Both the position numbers and the translations under genes were made by a program. DNA of 64,000 nt from an uncultured Acidimicrobiaceae bacterium (GTDB lineage: Bacteria > Actinomycetota > Acidimicrobiia > Acidimicrobiales > RAAP-2): NCBI GenBank assembly GCA_963766995.1, contig CAVYCE010000001.1, forward strand, positions 232,571-296,570, written 5' to 3'. Under the pieces are notes generated by a model. The model searched no databases, was not told the origin of the DNA, and was given only the letters and a program-made list of their open reading frames with translations. Of the stretch, positions 11,645 to 21,117 are shown in pieces. Every line of letters begins with the position of its first letter. Position 1 is the stretch's first letter.

Positions 11645-12720
11645 CCACCACGGTGCTGGAGAGCCGGCGGGTGCAGCCCGAACCGTTGACGATGACCTTC
11701 GATCTGCCACCTGAGCTCGAAGCGCCCGCGCCGCCCGAAGCGCGAGGCATGACCCGTGATGCCGTGCGCCTCATGGTGGCCTACAAAGGAGACGGCTCCC
11801 TCGTGCACACCCACTTCTCCGAGCTGCCTCGTTTCCTCAACGAGGGCGACCTCGTGGTGGTCAATACTTCGGGCACGCTGGCGGCCGAAGTCGATGGCGT
11901 GGACACCGATGGCCACGACGTGCAGGTGCATCTGTCCACCCAATTGCCGGCCGGTCTGTGGGCGGTGGAAGTGCGAAGAGAAGGCCAACCCTTCCTCCAT
12001 GCCAAAGCCGCCTCCACCATCACTCTCACCGGTGGCGGCACGATCACGCTGCTCACGCCCTACTCCCCCGGTCCTTCGGGACTCGGCGCTCGTCTCTGGG
12101 TGTCAACGATTGATACCCCCGAGCCGCTCTACACGTACCTCACGCGCCATGGCCGTCCCATCCGCTACGGCTACGTCCAGGGTAGTTACCCCATCTCCGC
12201 CTACCAGAACGTCTACGTCACTGAGCCTGGCTCGGCCGAAATGCCCAGCGCCGGCCGGCCCTTCACACCCGAAGTGCTGACCCGACTGGTGGCCAAAGGC
12301 GTCGGCGTCGCTCCCCTCCTGTTGCACACCGGCGTGGCCTCGCTGGAGGCCAATGAGCCGCCCTACGCCGAGTACTACAAGGTGTCGTCGTCAACGGCCC
12401 ATCGGATCAATGATGCGCACCAAGGTGGCGGGCGGGTCATTGCCATCGGCACCACCGTGGTCCGCGCCCTCGAGACTGTGGTGGACGAACATGGCCGAGT
12501 GCATCAAGGCTCCGGTTGGACCGAAACGGTGGTCACACCCGACCGCTCTGTTCGATCCGTCGACGGCTTCCTCACCGGATGGCACGAGCCCGAAGCGTCA
12601 CACTTGGCCATGCTCGAGGCCATCGCCGGCCGGCCGATGCTCGAGGCCTCCTACGCCGCTGCCCTCAGCGAGCGCTATCTCTGGCACGAGTTCGGCGACA
12701 GTCACCTCATCCTGCCGTGA
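11641..12720 (+). CDS. QueA-like protein (S-adenosylmethionine:tRNA ribosyltransferase-isomerase family, divergent)
   Basis: 359-aa ORF that is colinear with QueA: VVNTSGT.., YQNVY..PGSAEMPSAGRPF, GRVIAIGTTVVRALET, TGWHEPEASHLAMLEAIAG, YLWHEFGDSHLIL. Confidence 0.78.
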   Translation: MTTTVLESRRVQPEPLTMTFDLPPELEAPAPPEARGMTRDAVRLMVAYKGDGSLVHTHFSELPRFLNEGDLVVVNTSGTLAAEVDGVDTDGHDVQVHLSTQLPAGLWAVEVRREGQPFLHAKAASTITLTGGGTITLLTPYSPGPSGLGARLWVSTIDTPEPLYTYLTRHGRPIRYGYVQGSYPISAYQNVYVTEPGSAEMPSAGRPFTPEVLTRLVAKGVGVAPLLLHTGVASLEANEPPYAEYYKVSSSTAHRINDAHQGGGRVIAIGTTVVRALETVVDEHGRVHQGSGWTETVVTPDRSVRSVDGFLTGWHEPEASHLAMLEAIAGRPMLEASYAAALSERYLWHEFGDSHLILP

Positions 12721-13376
12721 CCGAAGCCCCCCTGGCCGCCCTGCCCACCACTCGTCGGGCCATCCTTAATCTGCTCAAGCGCGAAGGGCCGCTCACGGCA
12801 CAGCAAGTGGCCGATGCGCTGTCCTTGACCCCGGCCGCCATCCGCATGCAACTGGTGCACCTCGAAGAAGACGGCTTGCTCGAACGCAAGGATGACGACA
12901 CGCCGCGGCGGGGCCGACCGGTACACGTGTACTCACTGTCGTCTGCGGCCGAGGCGCTCTACCCCAAGCGCTACGGCGACCTCACGACAGAACTATTGGG
13001 CTATCTCGGTGGGCCCAACGGCAAGCAAGTCGACGCCCTCTTCGAACAGCGGCGACAGCGTCGAGTCGAAGTGGCCAAACCCCGCATGAGCAATCTCTCC
13101 TTCGACGAGCAAGTACAAGCGTTGACTGCCATCCTGGACGAGGACGGCTATCTGGCCGACGCCGAACGTCTACCCGATGGCAGCTGGCGCGTGACCGAAC
13201 ACAACTGCGCCATCCTCACCGTGGCGCACGGATTCTCACAGGCCTGCTCGAGTGAGCTCGCCTTCATCCGCGATGCACTGCCCGGAGCCAAGGTGGAGCG
13301 CGTGGCCCATCTCATGGATGGGGCTCACGTCTGCGCCTACGTGATCAGTCCTCCGCTGGCTCGGGCGCGGGACTGA
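12717..13376 (+). CDS. winged-helix (ArsR-like, COG2345-type) transcriptional regulator
   Basis: GTG 12717 overlaps the QueA-like stop as GTGA and is in frame with ORF 12516..13376. The HTH is RRAILNLLKREGPLTAQQVADALSLTPAAIRMQLVHLEEDGLL. Confidence 0.75.
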   Translation: MTEAPLAALPTTRRAILNLLKREGPLTAQQVADALSLTPAAIRMQLVHLEEDGLLERKDDDTPRRGRPVHVYSLSSAAEALYPKRYGDLTTELLGYLGGPNGKQVDALFEQRRQRRVEVAKPRMSNLSFDEQVQALTAILDEDGYLADAERLPDGSWRVTEHNCAILTVAHGFSQACSSELAFIRDALPGAKVERVAHLMDGAHVCAYVISPPLARARD

Positions 13377-13602
13377 TGTCGATCACCTTGACGCCGTCCA
13401 CCTCGTGGATCTCGTAGCGGAGCAATTCAACCAAGTGCTCGCCCCCCAATTCAATGACGAATTCATCAATGGCATCACCGGTACCGCGCTCGAGAATGTG
13501 TATGGCCACGATGTCACCACCGACCGAGCCGATGCGGCTGGCCACCAGACCCAGCGCCCCCGGACGGTCGGGAAGAATGATGCGTACCACGTATCCCGGC
13601 AT
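13345..13602 (-). CDS. ACT-domain protein
   Basis: 85-aa ORF. VVRIILPDRPGALGLVASRIGSVGGDIVAIHIL is a typical ACT beta-alpha-beta start. Confidence 0.7.
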   Translation of the reverse strand: MPGYVVRIILPDRPGALGLVASRIGSVGGDIVAIHILERGTGDAIDEFVIELGGEHLVELLRYEIHEVDGVKVIDISPAPEPAED

Positions 13603-13658
13603 GGCTTAGACGTTAGGCGCGCATTGTAAACAGGCTGTTTCGCATCAGCCGAAAATGT

Positions 13659-14342
13659 TCAGGAGGCCGCGGCCGCCGTGCGTGATGGCACATACTCGTC
13701 CACGTAGCTGCGCTCAGAGAGTCGAGCGATTTCATGCATGAGGCGATCAGTAAAGGTGCGACATTCGGTGTGGTCGTGTCCCTCGAGAGGATCATCCGGA
13801 TTTTCCGGCGGGTCCATCTGCATGGGCTTTCCGAAGCGAATGGTCACAGTCTTGAACGGGTGCAGGAAGTTGGAGTTCACCGGCTGCACCGCCACCGTCC
13901 CGATCACGCCCACCGGAATGATGGACACGCCGCATTCGCGCGATAGCCGTGTGACTCCCGTGCGCCCTTTGTGCACGTTCTCGTCCACGGTGCGCGTCCC
14001 CTCTGGGTACAAGCCCAGCACGTGTCCCTTACCCAGTACCTCGGCGCGGGCTGTCTCGAGTGCCCGCTCGCTGGCACTGCCCCCACCCCGATGAATGGGA
14101 ATCTGGCCCGCGGCCCGGAAGAACCACGCCGTCTTCCACGAGTCGAAGTACTCGGCCTTGGCCAGGAAGGTGACCTTGCGTCGCACGACCAGTGGGATGA
14201 AGAACGAGTCGCAGAAGGATTGGTGATTGGCCGCCAGCACCACCGCCCCGTGTTTGGGGATGTTCTCGCGCCCTTCGACCTTGACTCGCCACAAGACAAA
14301 GAAGATGGGCGAGAGGATGCCTTTGAGGAGCCAGTACGTCAC
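13659..14342 (-). CDS. plsC: 1-acyl-sn-glycerol-3-phosphate acyltransferase
   Basis: 227-aa ORF with the HX4D motif (ANHQSFCDSF) and the YPEGTR motif. Confidence 0.85.
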   Translation of the reverse strand: MTYWLLKGILSPIFFVLWRVKVEGRENIPKHGAVVLAANHQSFCDSFFIPLVVRRKVTFLAKAEYFDSWKTAWFFRAAGQIPIHRGGGSASERALETARAEVLGKGHVLGLYPEGTRTVDENVHKGRTGVTRLSRECGVSIIPVGVIGTVAVQPVNSNFLHPFKTVTIRFGKPMQMDPPENPDDPLEGHDHTECRTFTDRLMHEIARLSERSYVDEYVPSRTAAAAS

Positions 14343-14446
14343 GGGTCCAACGTAGCGCCGTCACCTGGTCCGGCGCGGGTGAGCACGCGACCAGTGCCTG
14401 TGGTGAACTGCGTGGTCGGGCCGAACGGCCCCAGGGGAGGTGCACC

Positions 14447-15325
14447 GTGACTACGCCGACGTTGATAGCCGAGCCATTCGTCTCCGGTCTCTACTTTGGC
14501 GAATGCCCCAGGTGGCATGACGGCCGCCTTTGGTACTCAGATTTCTTCGACCATGCCGTCTATTCCGTCTCCAGCGACGGCGAACGACGCACCGAAGTGG
14601 AGTTCGAGGGCGAGCCGGCCGGCCTGGGTTGGCTGCCCGACGGGCGCCTGCTCATCAACTCTCGGCTAGACCGCTCCATCGTCCGGCGCGAGCCCGACGG
14701 CACGCTGGTGCACCATGGCGCACTCACCCCCTGGGCCACGTGGCATGCCAACGACATGGTGGTAGCCAGCAACGGGCAGGCTTACTCTGGGAACTTCGGC
14801 TTCAACTTGGACGGTCTCTACGACGGCACCGTCACTTCCGAACAGATCACTTCGGCTTCGCTCATCCGCGTCGACCCCGACGGCACCAGCTGTGAAGCGG
14901 CGTCAGATCTGGCCTTTCCAAACGGGGCTGTCATCACCGACGACGGCGCTACCCTCATCATCGGCGAGAGCATGGGGCAGCGCATCTCCGCCTTCGACCG
15001 CCTGCCCGATGGCACGTTGACCAACCGACGCGAGTGGGCCTCCCTACCTGGCGTGGCACCCGACGGCATGTGCCTGTGCGCCGACGGCACGGTGTGGGTG
15101 GCCAACGCCTTCGCCTCCGAATGCCTGCACGTGGCCGAGGGCGGCAACATCATTGAGAAGGTCGAGACCAGCCGCGGCTGTTTCGCCTGCATGCTCGGTG
15201 ACGACGACCGCCGGACGCTCTACCTGGTGACCGCCGACAGCAGCGATGCTGCCAAGGCTCGGGCCGACCGAAACGGTGCACTCGAGAAGGTGCGCACCTC
15301 AACACCCGGAGCCGGACTCCCCTAA
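14447..15325 (+). CDS. SMP-30/gluconolactonase/LRE-family protein
   Basis: 292-aa ORF with a GTG start. Shows propeller repeats with [26 protein letters not shown] and [15 protein letters not shown]. Confidence 0.85.
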   Translation: MTTPTLIAEPFVSGLYFGECPRWHDGRLWYSDFFDHAVYSVSSDGERRTEVEFEGEPAGLGWLPDGRLLINSRLDRSIVRREPDGTLVHHGALTPWATWHANDMVVASNGQAYSGNFGFNLDGLYDGTVTSEQITSASLIRVDPDGTSCEAASDLAFPNGAVITDDGATLIIGESMGQRISAFDRLPDGTLTNRREWASLPGVAPDGMCLCADGTVWVANAFASECLHVAEGGNIIEKVETSRGCFACMLGDDDRRTLYLVTADSSDAAKARADRNGALEKVRTSTPGAGLP

Positions 15326-16527
15326 CCCAGCTTGGTCAGTGCCCCCCGCAGATTCCGAACGGCCTGCCCGATCCGCTGTTCATTTTCAATCAACGCGAAC
15401 CGCACGTGTCCGTCACCGCCGGGCCCGAAGCCCACACCCGGCGAAGTGGCCACGTCGGCCTCATTGATCAAAAGCTTGGCGAACTCCAGTGAGCCCATCT
15501 CTCGGTAGGGCTCGGGGATGGGCGCCCACACGAACATGGTCCCCTTCGGCGGTACCAGCTCCCAGCCGATGCGGTTCAGGCCGTCACACAAATGGTCGCG
15601 CCGTGATTTGTAGATCTCGTTGAGCTCCTTGGGATATTCGGGAGCCTCGTTCATGGCCACTATGGCGGCGATCTGAATGGGCTGGAAGGTCCCGTAATCG
15701 AGATACGTCTTGAGCTTCGTCAGGGCCTGCACGATCTCCGCGTTCCCGACCACGAACCCGACGCGCCATCCGGCCATGGAGAACGACTTGGTCAGCGTGT
15801 ACAACTCCACCGCCACGTCCTTGGCCCCGGGCACCTGCAAAATGGAGGGCGGCTCGTAGCCGTCGTAGCCAAGATCGGCGTAGGCGAAGTCGTGCACCAA
15901 CACCACGTCGTGCTCGCGCGCGAAGTCCACCAGGCGTGTCATGAAGTCGAGATCGACGCAGGCCGTGGTCGGGTTGTGCGGGAATGACAGCACGATGACT
16001 CGCGGCTTGGGCCACGACTCTTCCCACGCGTGCATGAGCCCATCGAAGAAAGCGTCGCCCGGCTCGGTCACGGCACCACCGATGGACGGACCGTGCAACG
16101 GCACCTGGCGCACGTCGGCCCCTGCGAACAGCGGGCCCCAAATGTGGATGGGGTACGACGGCGAGGGCACCAGGGCGGTGTCCCCCGGCTGTACCAGCAC
16201 CCACATGAGGTGTGAGAAGCCTTCCTTGGCTCCGATGGTGGTCACGACCTCGGTCTCGGGATCGAGGATGACGCCGAACTTCCGCTCGTACAGATCGGTG
16301 ATGGCGCTGCGCAGCTTGGGAATGCCGCGGCTGGCTGAGTAGCGGTGGTTCTTGGCGTTGTGCGCCGCCTCGGCCAGCTTCTCCACCGCCACGTCGGGCG
16401 AGGGGAGGTCGGGGTTGCCGAAGCCGAGATCGATGACGTCGTTGCCGGCTCGCCGTGACACAGCCTTCAGGTCATTGATGGTGGCAAACACATACGGCGG
16501 CAATCCGTTGATCCGGCGAAACTCCAT
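15322..16527 (-). CDS. class I/II PLP-dependent aminotransferase (AlaC-like)
   Basis: 401-aa ORF. The N-terminus is [13 protein letters not shown] and the PLP-lysine motif is [13 protein letters not shown]. Confidence 0.9.
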   Translation of the reverse strand: MEFRRINGLPPYVFATINDLKAVSRRAGNDVIDLGFGNPDLPSPDVAVEKLAEAAHNAKNHRYSASRGIPKLRSAITDLYERKFGVILDPETEVVTTIGAKEGFSHLMWVLVQPGDTALVPSPSYPIHIWGPLFAGADVRQVPLHGPSIGGAVTEPGDAFFDGLMHAWEESWPKPRVIVLSFPHNPTTACVDLDFMTRLVDFAREHDVVLVHDFAYADLGYDGYEPPSILQVPGAKDVAVELYTLTKSFSMAGWRVGFVVGNAEIVQALTKLKTYLDYGTFQPIQIAAIVAMNEAPEYPKELNEIYKSRRDHLCDGLNRIGWELVPPKGTMFVWAPIPEPYREMGSLEFAKLLINEADVATSPGVGFGPGGDGHVRFALIENEQRIGQAVRNLRGALTKLG

Positions 16528-16536
16528 GCTGAGAGT

Positions 16537-17280
16537 CTACGACTCGGTACCGCCTTCTTTGGACGCCTCGGCCCGTCGTGCCGACTCCACCAGGAGGCCT
16601 GCGTCTACCGGCCATCCGAAGACGGCCCACGTGGCCCCGGCCACGCTGAGTGCGGCCACGGTCTCTTCCAACGCTTCTTCTGACTTGGGCGGTGGTCCGG
16701 CCCAGGTCACCTCGAGGTCGCCCACCAGGGCCCGCTCTGCCACCAACGCCGGCTCGACGTCCCACAGATTGAGGGCCGCGCCAGCCCCCTGGGCTTCAGT
16801 CACACGCCCAGCCGATCCCCCGGCCACCCACACCGCCAACCCGATCTCCTTGAGCTTTTGGCCCAGAGACACCATGTCGGAGCGTCGTTCGTCCGCCGTG
16901 GGATACGGAATGCCGTAGGCCCGGTTCTCGGACTCGCTCAGCTTGTCCCCCGTGCCCAACCCGGCAATGACCCGACCCGGCGCTAGCTCCTGCAAGGCAG
17001 TGAACTGACCAAGCAACACGGCGGGTGGCACCAATCCCACTCGAGCCACCAGCGTCCCGATGTACGGACCGCCCCCCGGGCGTTCGGCCAACCACGGCTG
17101 TGACGCCGCGAAGGCCAGCACCGGGAACGGGGCCAGTGCTGGTCGCTCCGGTTGCCCCATCGGCCACAGGTGGTCGTAACAAAAGATGCCGTCCACTCCG
17201 GCCGCCACCGCAGTGGCTGCTACTTCCAGTGCGTCATCCGGACTGTCTCGGAACGTGGGCAGGATGAGACCGACCCTCAT
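16537..17280 (-). CDS. LLM-class (F420-dependent type) oxidoreductase
   Basis: ORF-track 16537..17517 trimmed to ATG 17280 (MRVGLILPTFRDSP...), which overlaps the upstream stop as ATGA. The sequence looks like a luciferase-like TIM barrel. Confidence 0.78.
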   Translation of the reverse strand: MRVGLILPTFRDSPDDALEVAATAVAAGVDGIFCYDHLWPMGQPERPALAPFPVLAFAASQPWLAERPGGGPYIGTLVARVGLVPPAVLLGQFTALQELAPGRVIAGLGTGDKLSESENRAYGIPYPTADERRSDMVSLGQKLKEIGLAVWVAGGSAGRVTEAQGAGAALNLWDVEPALVAERALVGDLEVTWAGPPPKSEEALEETVAALSVAGATWAVFGWPVDAGLLVESARRAEASKEGGTES

Positions 17281-18290
17281 CACAGTCCCCCGTGGCGTGC
17301 CGCCAGCGCCGCCCCCACCGCACCAGCGCGCTCCCCGAACGCGGCCGCCACAATCGCCGTCTCGGGCCGAGCCCTTCCACCTTCCACCATGTCGTCGAAG
17401 GCGGCCCGGGCTGCGTTCAGCAGCAGGTCCCCGGCACCGATCAAGCCGCCCCCCAACACAAAGCACTCCGGGTCCATGACGCAGGCCAGGTTGGCCAATC
17501 CGAATCCCACCCACCATCCGACTTCTTCGAGCACATGCTGCGCGCCGGCATCACCTTCCTGTGCCGCTGCTGTCACGTCCTCGCCGCGTACGCGCTCGGG
17601 ATCTCCACCAGCTCGCGCCACCACGTCGGGCAAGAAACCGGCCAACGCCGCCTCGCGGGCCAGCAGGCCCAATCCACCGCCCGAGGCGTAGCGTTCCCAA
17701 CAACCCCGCCGTCCACACGGACAGTGCAGTCCGGACTGCTCGACCACCATGTGCCCGATCTCGCCGGCGAATCCATGCGAGCCCACCTGGACTTGATTGT
17801 CCACAATCAAGCCACCACCGATACCGGTCCCCAGCGTCACCGTCATCACATGTGAATAGCCCCGAGAGGCTCCGAGCCGATGTTCGGACAACGCGGCGAA
17901 ATTGGCGTCGTTTTCGACCACGAGTTCGCGCCCAGGCAACTGCGCTGCCAACAGCGCCCGCCAGTCGATGCCCTGCCCCTGCGGCAGGTTGGGCGAGAAA
18001 ACCAACCGGCCCCTTCGGTCCAGCATGCCGGGCACACCGACGCCGATCGGGGCAGGGCCAGCAACATGAAGCCCCTTTTTCTCGCATGCAGCCTCGAGCG
18101 CAGCTGCAACCTCAGCCACTGCCTTGGCCACTCGAACGCCGTCCGTCCCGGCCCCGACGGGAGTGGGCACTCGGGCTTCAGCCATAATCTGGTCGGACGG
18201 GCCCATGGCCACGCCCAGCACCTTGGTTCCCCCGATGTCGATACCGAAGGCCACGTCGGCACCCGCCGACGGACCGGCTTCAGCACTCAC
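17280..18290 (-). CDS. ROK-family glucokinase
   Basis: 336-aa ORF. The N-terminal ATP motif is GIDIGGTKV, and the ROK zinc motif is HCPCGRRGCWE. Confidence 0.85.
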   Translation of the reverse strand: MSAEAGPSAGADVAFGIDIGGTKVLGVAMGPSDQIMAEARVPTPVGAGTDGVRVAKAVAEVAAALEAACEKKGLHVAGPAPIGVGVPGMLDRRGRLVFSPNLPQGQGIDWRALLAAQLPGRELVVENDANFAALSEHRLGASRGYSHVMTVTLGTGIGGGLIVDNQVQVGSHGFAGEIGHMVVEQSGLHCPCGRRGCWERYASGGGLGLLAREAALAGFLPDVVARAGGDPERVRGEDVTAAAQEGDAGAQHVLEEVGWWVGFGLANLACVMDPECFVLGGGLIGAGDLLLNAARAAFDDMVEGGRARPETAIVAAAFGERAGAVGAALAARHGGL

Positions 18291-18769
18291 GCTGAAGACT
18301 CGACCCGCGCTTTCAGTTCTCGCATGGCCGTCGCCATGATGCGACTGGTGGCGCGCATCTTTATGAATCCCGGGATCGGCACACGCAGTTCAGCCTCCAC
18401 GTGGTACGTCACGTCCGTGCCGGTGCCGTCGCCCGGATCGAGCACGTAGCTGCCGCTCCATTTGGTCAAGATGTCGCCCTTCGTCATGCTCCACGAGAGG
18501 GAATGGGGGGCGTCCGAGTAGTCGTAGGCCAGCGTCATGGTCGTGCTGCGCCCGAAGGCGGCGACGCGCCACGTCGCCAGGGTTGGACGCCCCTGATCGT
18601 CGCGCTCGTCAATGATGACGTCCTTGATGTCGGCCGCCCACACTTGGTAACGCTCCAAGTCCGCGACGACGTCAAAGCATCGCTCAGGCGATGCCGATAC
18701 GGACATGTGTTCTGTGGCCTGATCCGCCACGGTCGGTGCGTCCTCTCCTCGTGTTCCCAGGTCGGGCAA
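18287..18769 (-). CDS. SRPBCC (cyclase/dehydrase) family protein
   Basis: 160-aa ORF with a START/Bet v1-like sequence (ERCFDVVADLERYQVWAADIKDV...). It has a 4-nt overlap with the glucokinase gene. Confidence 0.72.
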   Translation of the reverse strand: MPDLGTRGEDAPTVADQATEHMSVSASPERCFDVVADLERYQVWAADIKDVIIDERDDQGRPTLATWRVAAFGRSTTMTLAYDYSDAPHSLSWSMTKGDILTKWSGSYVLDPGDGTGTDVTYHVEAELRVPIPGFIKMRATSRIMATAMRELKARVESSA

Positions 18770-18783
18770 CGCCCGAAGGGCAG

Positions 18784-19929
18784 TCAGCCTGCCACTTCCT
18801 CCAAGCTGCTGGCCAGCCTAGAAGCGAGAACGTCGTAGTCGAAGGATGCCTGGGCCCGAGTTCTCGCCGCCTGGCCCATGCGCTTTCTCAGTTTGGGGTC
18901 GCAGAGCAGCGTTCGTATGGCTGTCGCCACACTCCCCGGGTCCTCGGGTGACGCCACGACCAGGCCCGTTACCCCGTCGACCACGGCTTCTGCCGCTCCG
19001 CCGCTCTCCCCGGCCACCTGGGGCACCCCGGCGGCCGCGGCCTCCAAGAAGACAATCCCGAACCCCTCTTGCTCCAGCCCTAACCACCGGTTACGGCAGG
19101 CCATGACGAAAATATCGGCTGCACCAAGAAGATCGGCTCGGTCTTCGTCGGAAATCCGGCCGAACATCTTGACCGCTATCGGCGACGATTCCGCCTGGCG
19201 CGTGAGGCGTGGCAGCTCCCGTCCGTCGCCACCGATGGCCACCACCAAGTCCGGGAAGGACGGAGCCAATCGGTCCGCGGCACCCAACAACACATCCATG
19301 CCCTTGCGGGGCACCAACCGGCTCACGCTCACGACGAGGGGGCCATCTGTCGGCAGGCCCAGACGCTGCCGCGCTGCCCGCCGTTCTGGCGCCCTCATGG
19401 GAGAGATGAGCGAAGTGTCGACGCCCGGTGGGATTTCGATCACCGGCGCGGAGATCGACCCTGCGGCCCGCCGGCCCTCAGCCGCTGGATACCCACCGGC
19501 CGAGATCACCAACGAGGAGTTCCTCAGCACTCGGGCTAGGGCCGACTTTGTACCGGGAATCCTTCCCGGCACCGTGACCTCAGCCCCGTGCAAAATCACG
19601 CCATAAGGCACGTCGAGCCGAGAACCAAGCAGACCGAGCGGCAATGCGGGATCGAGAATGGCCATGTCGACGCCATGTTTCGCGATGTTCTGGCGTACGG
19701 CTGCCAAGGCGCCGGGAGTCGGGAAGTACAGAATCGACTCGGGGACACGCACGATCTGCACCCCGTGCGCTGCTTGTTCGGCGTCGAAACTGGCGGAATC
19801 GGCGTGCGACGAGGCCGTAAGGACCACGAACGATTCGGGGTCCAGCCGCTTCCACAACTCCCACAAGTAGTTCTGAATCCCACCCACCTTGGGCGGGAAA
19901 TCATTGGTGACCAGGAGGTGCCGCTTCAT
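18784..19929 (-). CDS. GT4 glycosyltransferase (PimB/MgtA-like mannosyltransferase)
   Basis: ORF-track 18784..19947 trimmed to ATG 19929 (MKRHLLVTNDFPPKVGGIQNYL). The E-x7-E region is EQEGFGIVFLEAAAAGVP. Confidence 0.85.
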   Translation of the reverse strand: MKRHLLVTNDFPPKVGGIQNYLWELWKRLDPESFVVLTASSHADSASFDAEQAAHGVQIVRVPESILYFPTPGALAAVRQNIAKHGVDMAILDPALPLGLLGSRLDVPYGVILHGAEVTVPGRIPGTKSALARVLRNSSLVISAGGYPAAEGRRAAGSISAPVIEIPPGVDTSLISPMRAPERRAARQRLGLPTDGPLVVSVSRLVPRKGMDVLLGAADRLAPSFPDLVVAIGGDGRELPRLTRQAESSPIAVKMFGRISDEDRADLLGAADIFVMACRNRWLGLEQEGFGIVFLEAAAAGVPQVAGESGGAAEAVVDGVTGLVVASPEDPGSVATAIRTLLCDPKLRKRMGQAARTRAQASFDYDVLASRLASSLEEVAG

Positions 19930-19947
19930 GATGCCTGCTGAACGCAA

Positions 19948-20190
19948 CTACCCCGCTCGGGAGCTGAATCGAATGGAGGGGACCAATCCGGCCCGCTCCA
20001 ACATGCGCATCGCCCGCGCCTCGTCGGCGTCGATGACCACGGCGTCATCGGGTTCGCGGCCCAGCAGGAAGGTGACCACACAGTCGTCACAGGCCGTGGT
20101 GCCCTGGAAGGAACAACTCTCGCAATCGATAGTGAGCGTGTTGCTTGGCTCGGGATCGAAGTTGAATTCGAAGATCGTTGACTCGGGCAT
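19948..20190 (-). CDS. hypothetical small Cys-rich protein
   Basis: 80-aa ORF with four Cys in CESCSFQGTTACDDCVV. Its stop abuts the GT4 upstream region. Confidence 0.55.
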   Translation of the reverse strand: MPESTIFEFNFDPEPSNTLTIDCESCSFQGTTACDDCVVTFLLGREPDDAVVIDADEARAMRMLERAGLVPSIRFSSRAG

Positions 20191-20269
20191 TGGACGGACC
20201 CTCCAGGTTCGGGCGCTGCTGGCGTGTGCTCTCTCTTTTCAACCAGCATGCCGAAGGGGTGTGACAGCA

Positions 20270-20749
20270 TCACGATCCGCCCTCCCCTAACCCCACCCGA
20301 GTGGTCCGGGCCGTCTCCTCAATTCCCCAGGCCACACCCTCTGTTTGCACCTTACCGCCAGCCACGACGGCCAGAAACGGTGGCCCCGCCACCAAGTAGT
20401 CGCCATAGGCGCGAGAGCTCATGATCACCTCGGTACCGGGCTGAGCCAGGGCAGCCACGGCAGCCCCATCCTCGGCCTCGGGACCTTTCGTCACAACGAT
20501 GATCCGCACTCCATTCGGGATGGCGTCTCGAAGTGCATGAGCGCCTTCCCACAGATCACGGCAGCCCTGACACTCTGATGAAAGGAACAACAGCAAGAAC
20601 CGATCGGCCGATCCGACCACTGCAACCCGCTTCGGGGACCCGTCTACACCGAAGCCCTCGATGTCATGTGGAACGGTGGCCGGATGATCCCGGAAGGTGG
20701 GAATGGGCACCAGCCTGGCCAGCACGTCAGCTGGCGGCGGTTCATTCAC
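20270..20749 (-). CDS. thioredoxin-fold (TlpA/redoxin-like) protein
   Basis: 159-aa ORF with a CxxC active-site-like motif in FLSSECQGCRDLW. Confidence 0.65.
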   Translation of the reverse strand: MNEPPPADVLARLVPIPTFRDHPATVPHDIEGFGVDGSPKRVAVVGSADRFLLLFLSSECQGCRDLWEGAHALRDAIPNGVRIIVVTKGPEAEDGAAVAALAQPGTEVIMSSRAYGDYLVAGPPFLAVVAGGKVQTEGVAWGIEETARTTRVGLGEGGS

Positions 20750-21117
20750 GACACTGGTGTCGAGGTGTTCGGCTCCTCACGTTCACCTTCGGGAAGCTCA
20801 ACCACGCTTCTCCCGTGGCCGCACCAGCGGCACACCACTGAATCGACATTACGAAAGAGGATGGCCTCTTCCTCAACCTGCAGTTCACCGCCCACCGTGT
20901 AGTGGTTGAACGACTTGGTCTGCTGGGTCACCGTGACATCGAATCTGGTGACATTGCCGCAGCCGTCACATCGGTAGGTAGGGTCGCCCACCCGCACCAC
21001 GGTAGTCGGCGAACCCGGGACCCAATATCGGTCAAATACGGTCGAGGAGCTGCGCCTTCTTGGCCGCGAATTCCTCTTCCGAAATGATCCCGCGCTGGCG
21101 CAGGTCATCGAGCTCAA
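20746..21117 (-). CDS. hypothetical zinc-ribbon protein (start uncertain)
   Basis: ORF-track maximum. It has two CxxC pairs (YRCDGCGN ... VCRWCGH). The first 85 nt would overlap the upstream gene, so a downstream GTG (VVRVGDPTY..., near 21000) is an alternative start. Confidence 0.5.
   Translation of the reverse strand: MSSMTCASAGSFRKRNSRPRRRSSSTVFDRYWVPGSPTTVVRVGDPTYRCDGCGNVTRFDVTVTQQTKSFNHYTVGGELQVEEEAILFRNVDSVVCRWCGHGRSVVELPEGEREEPNTSTPVS

Noticed and set aside
13345-13376. 32-nt convergent overlap between the wHTH regulator and the ACT-domain gene, as a possible antisense-regulation unit
   Set aside because: It is the largest of several convergent 3' overlaps in this compact genome; the others are 4 nt (for example 3675-3678 and 15322-15325). 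I see no additional signal.
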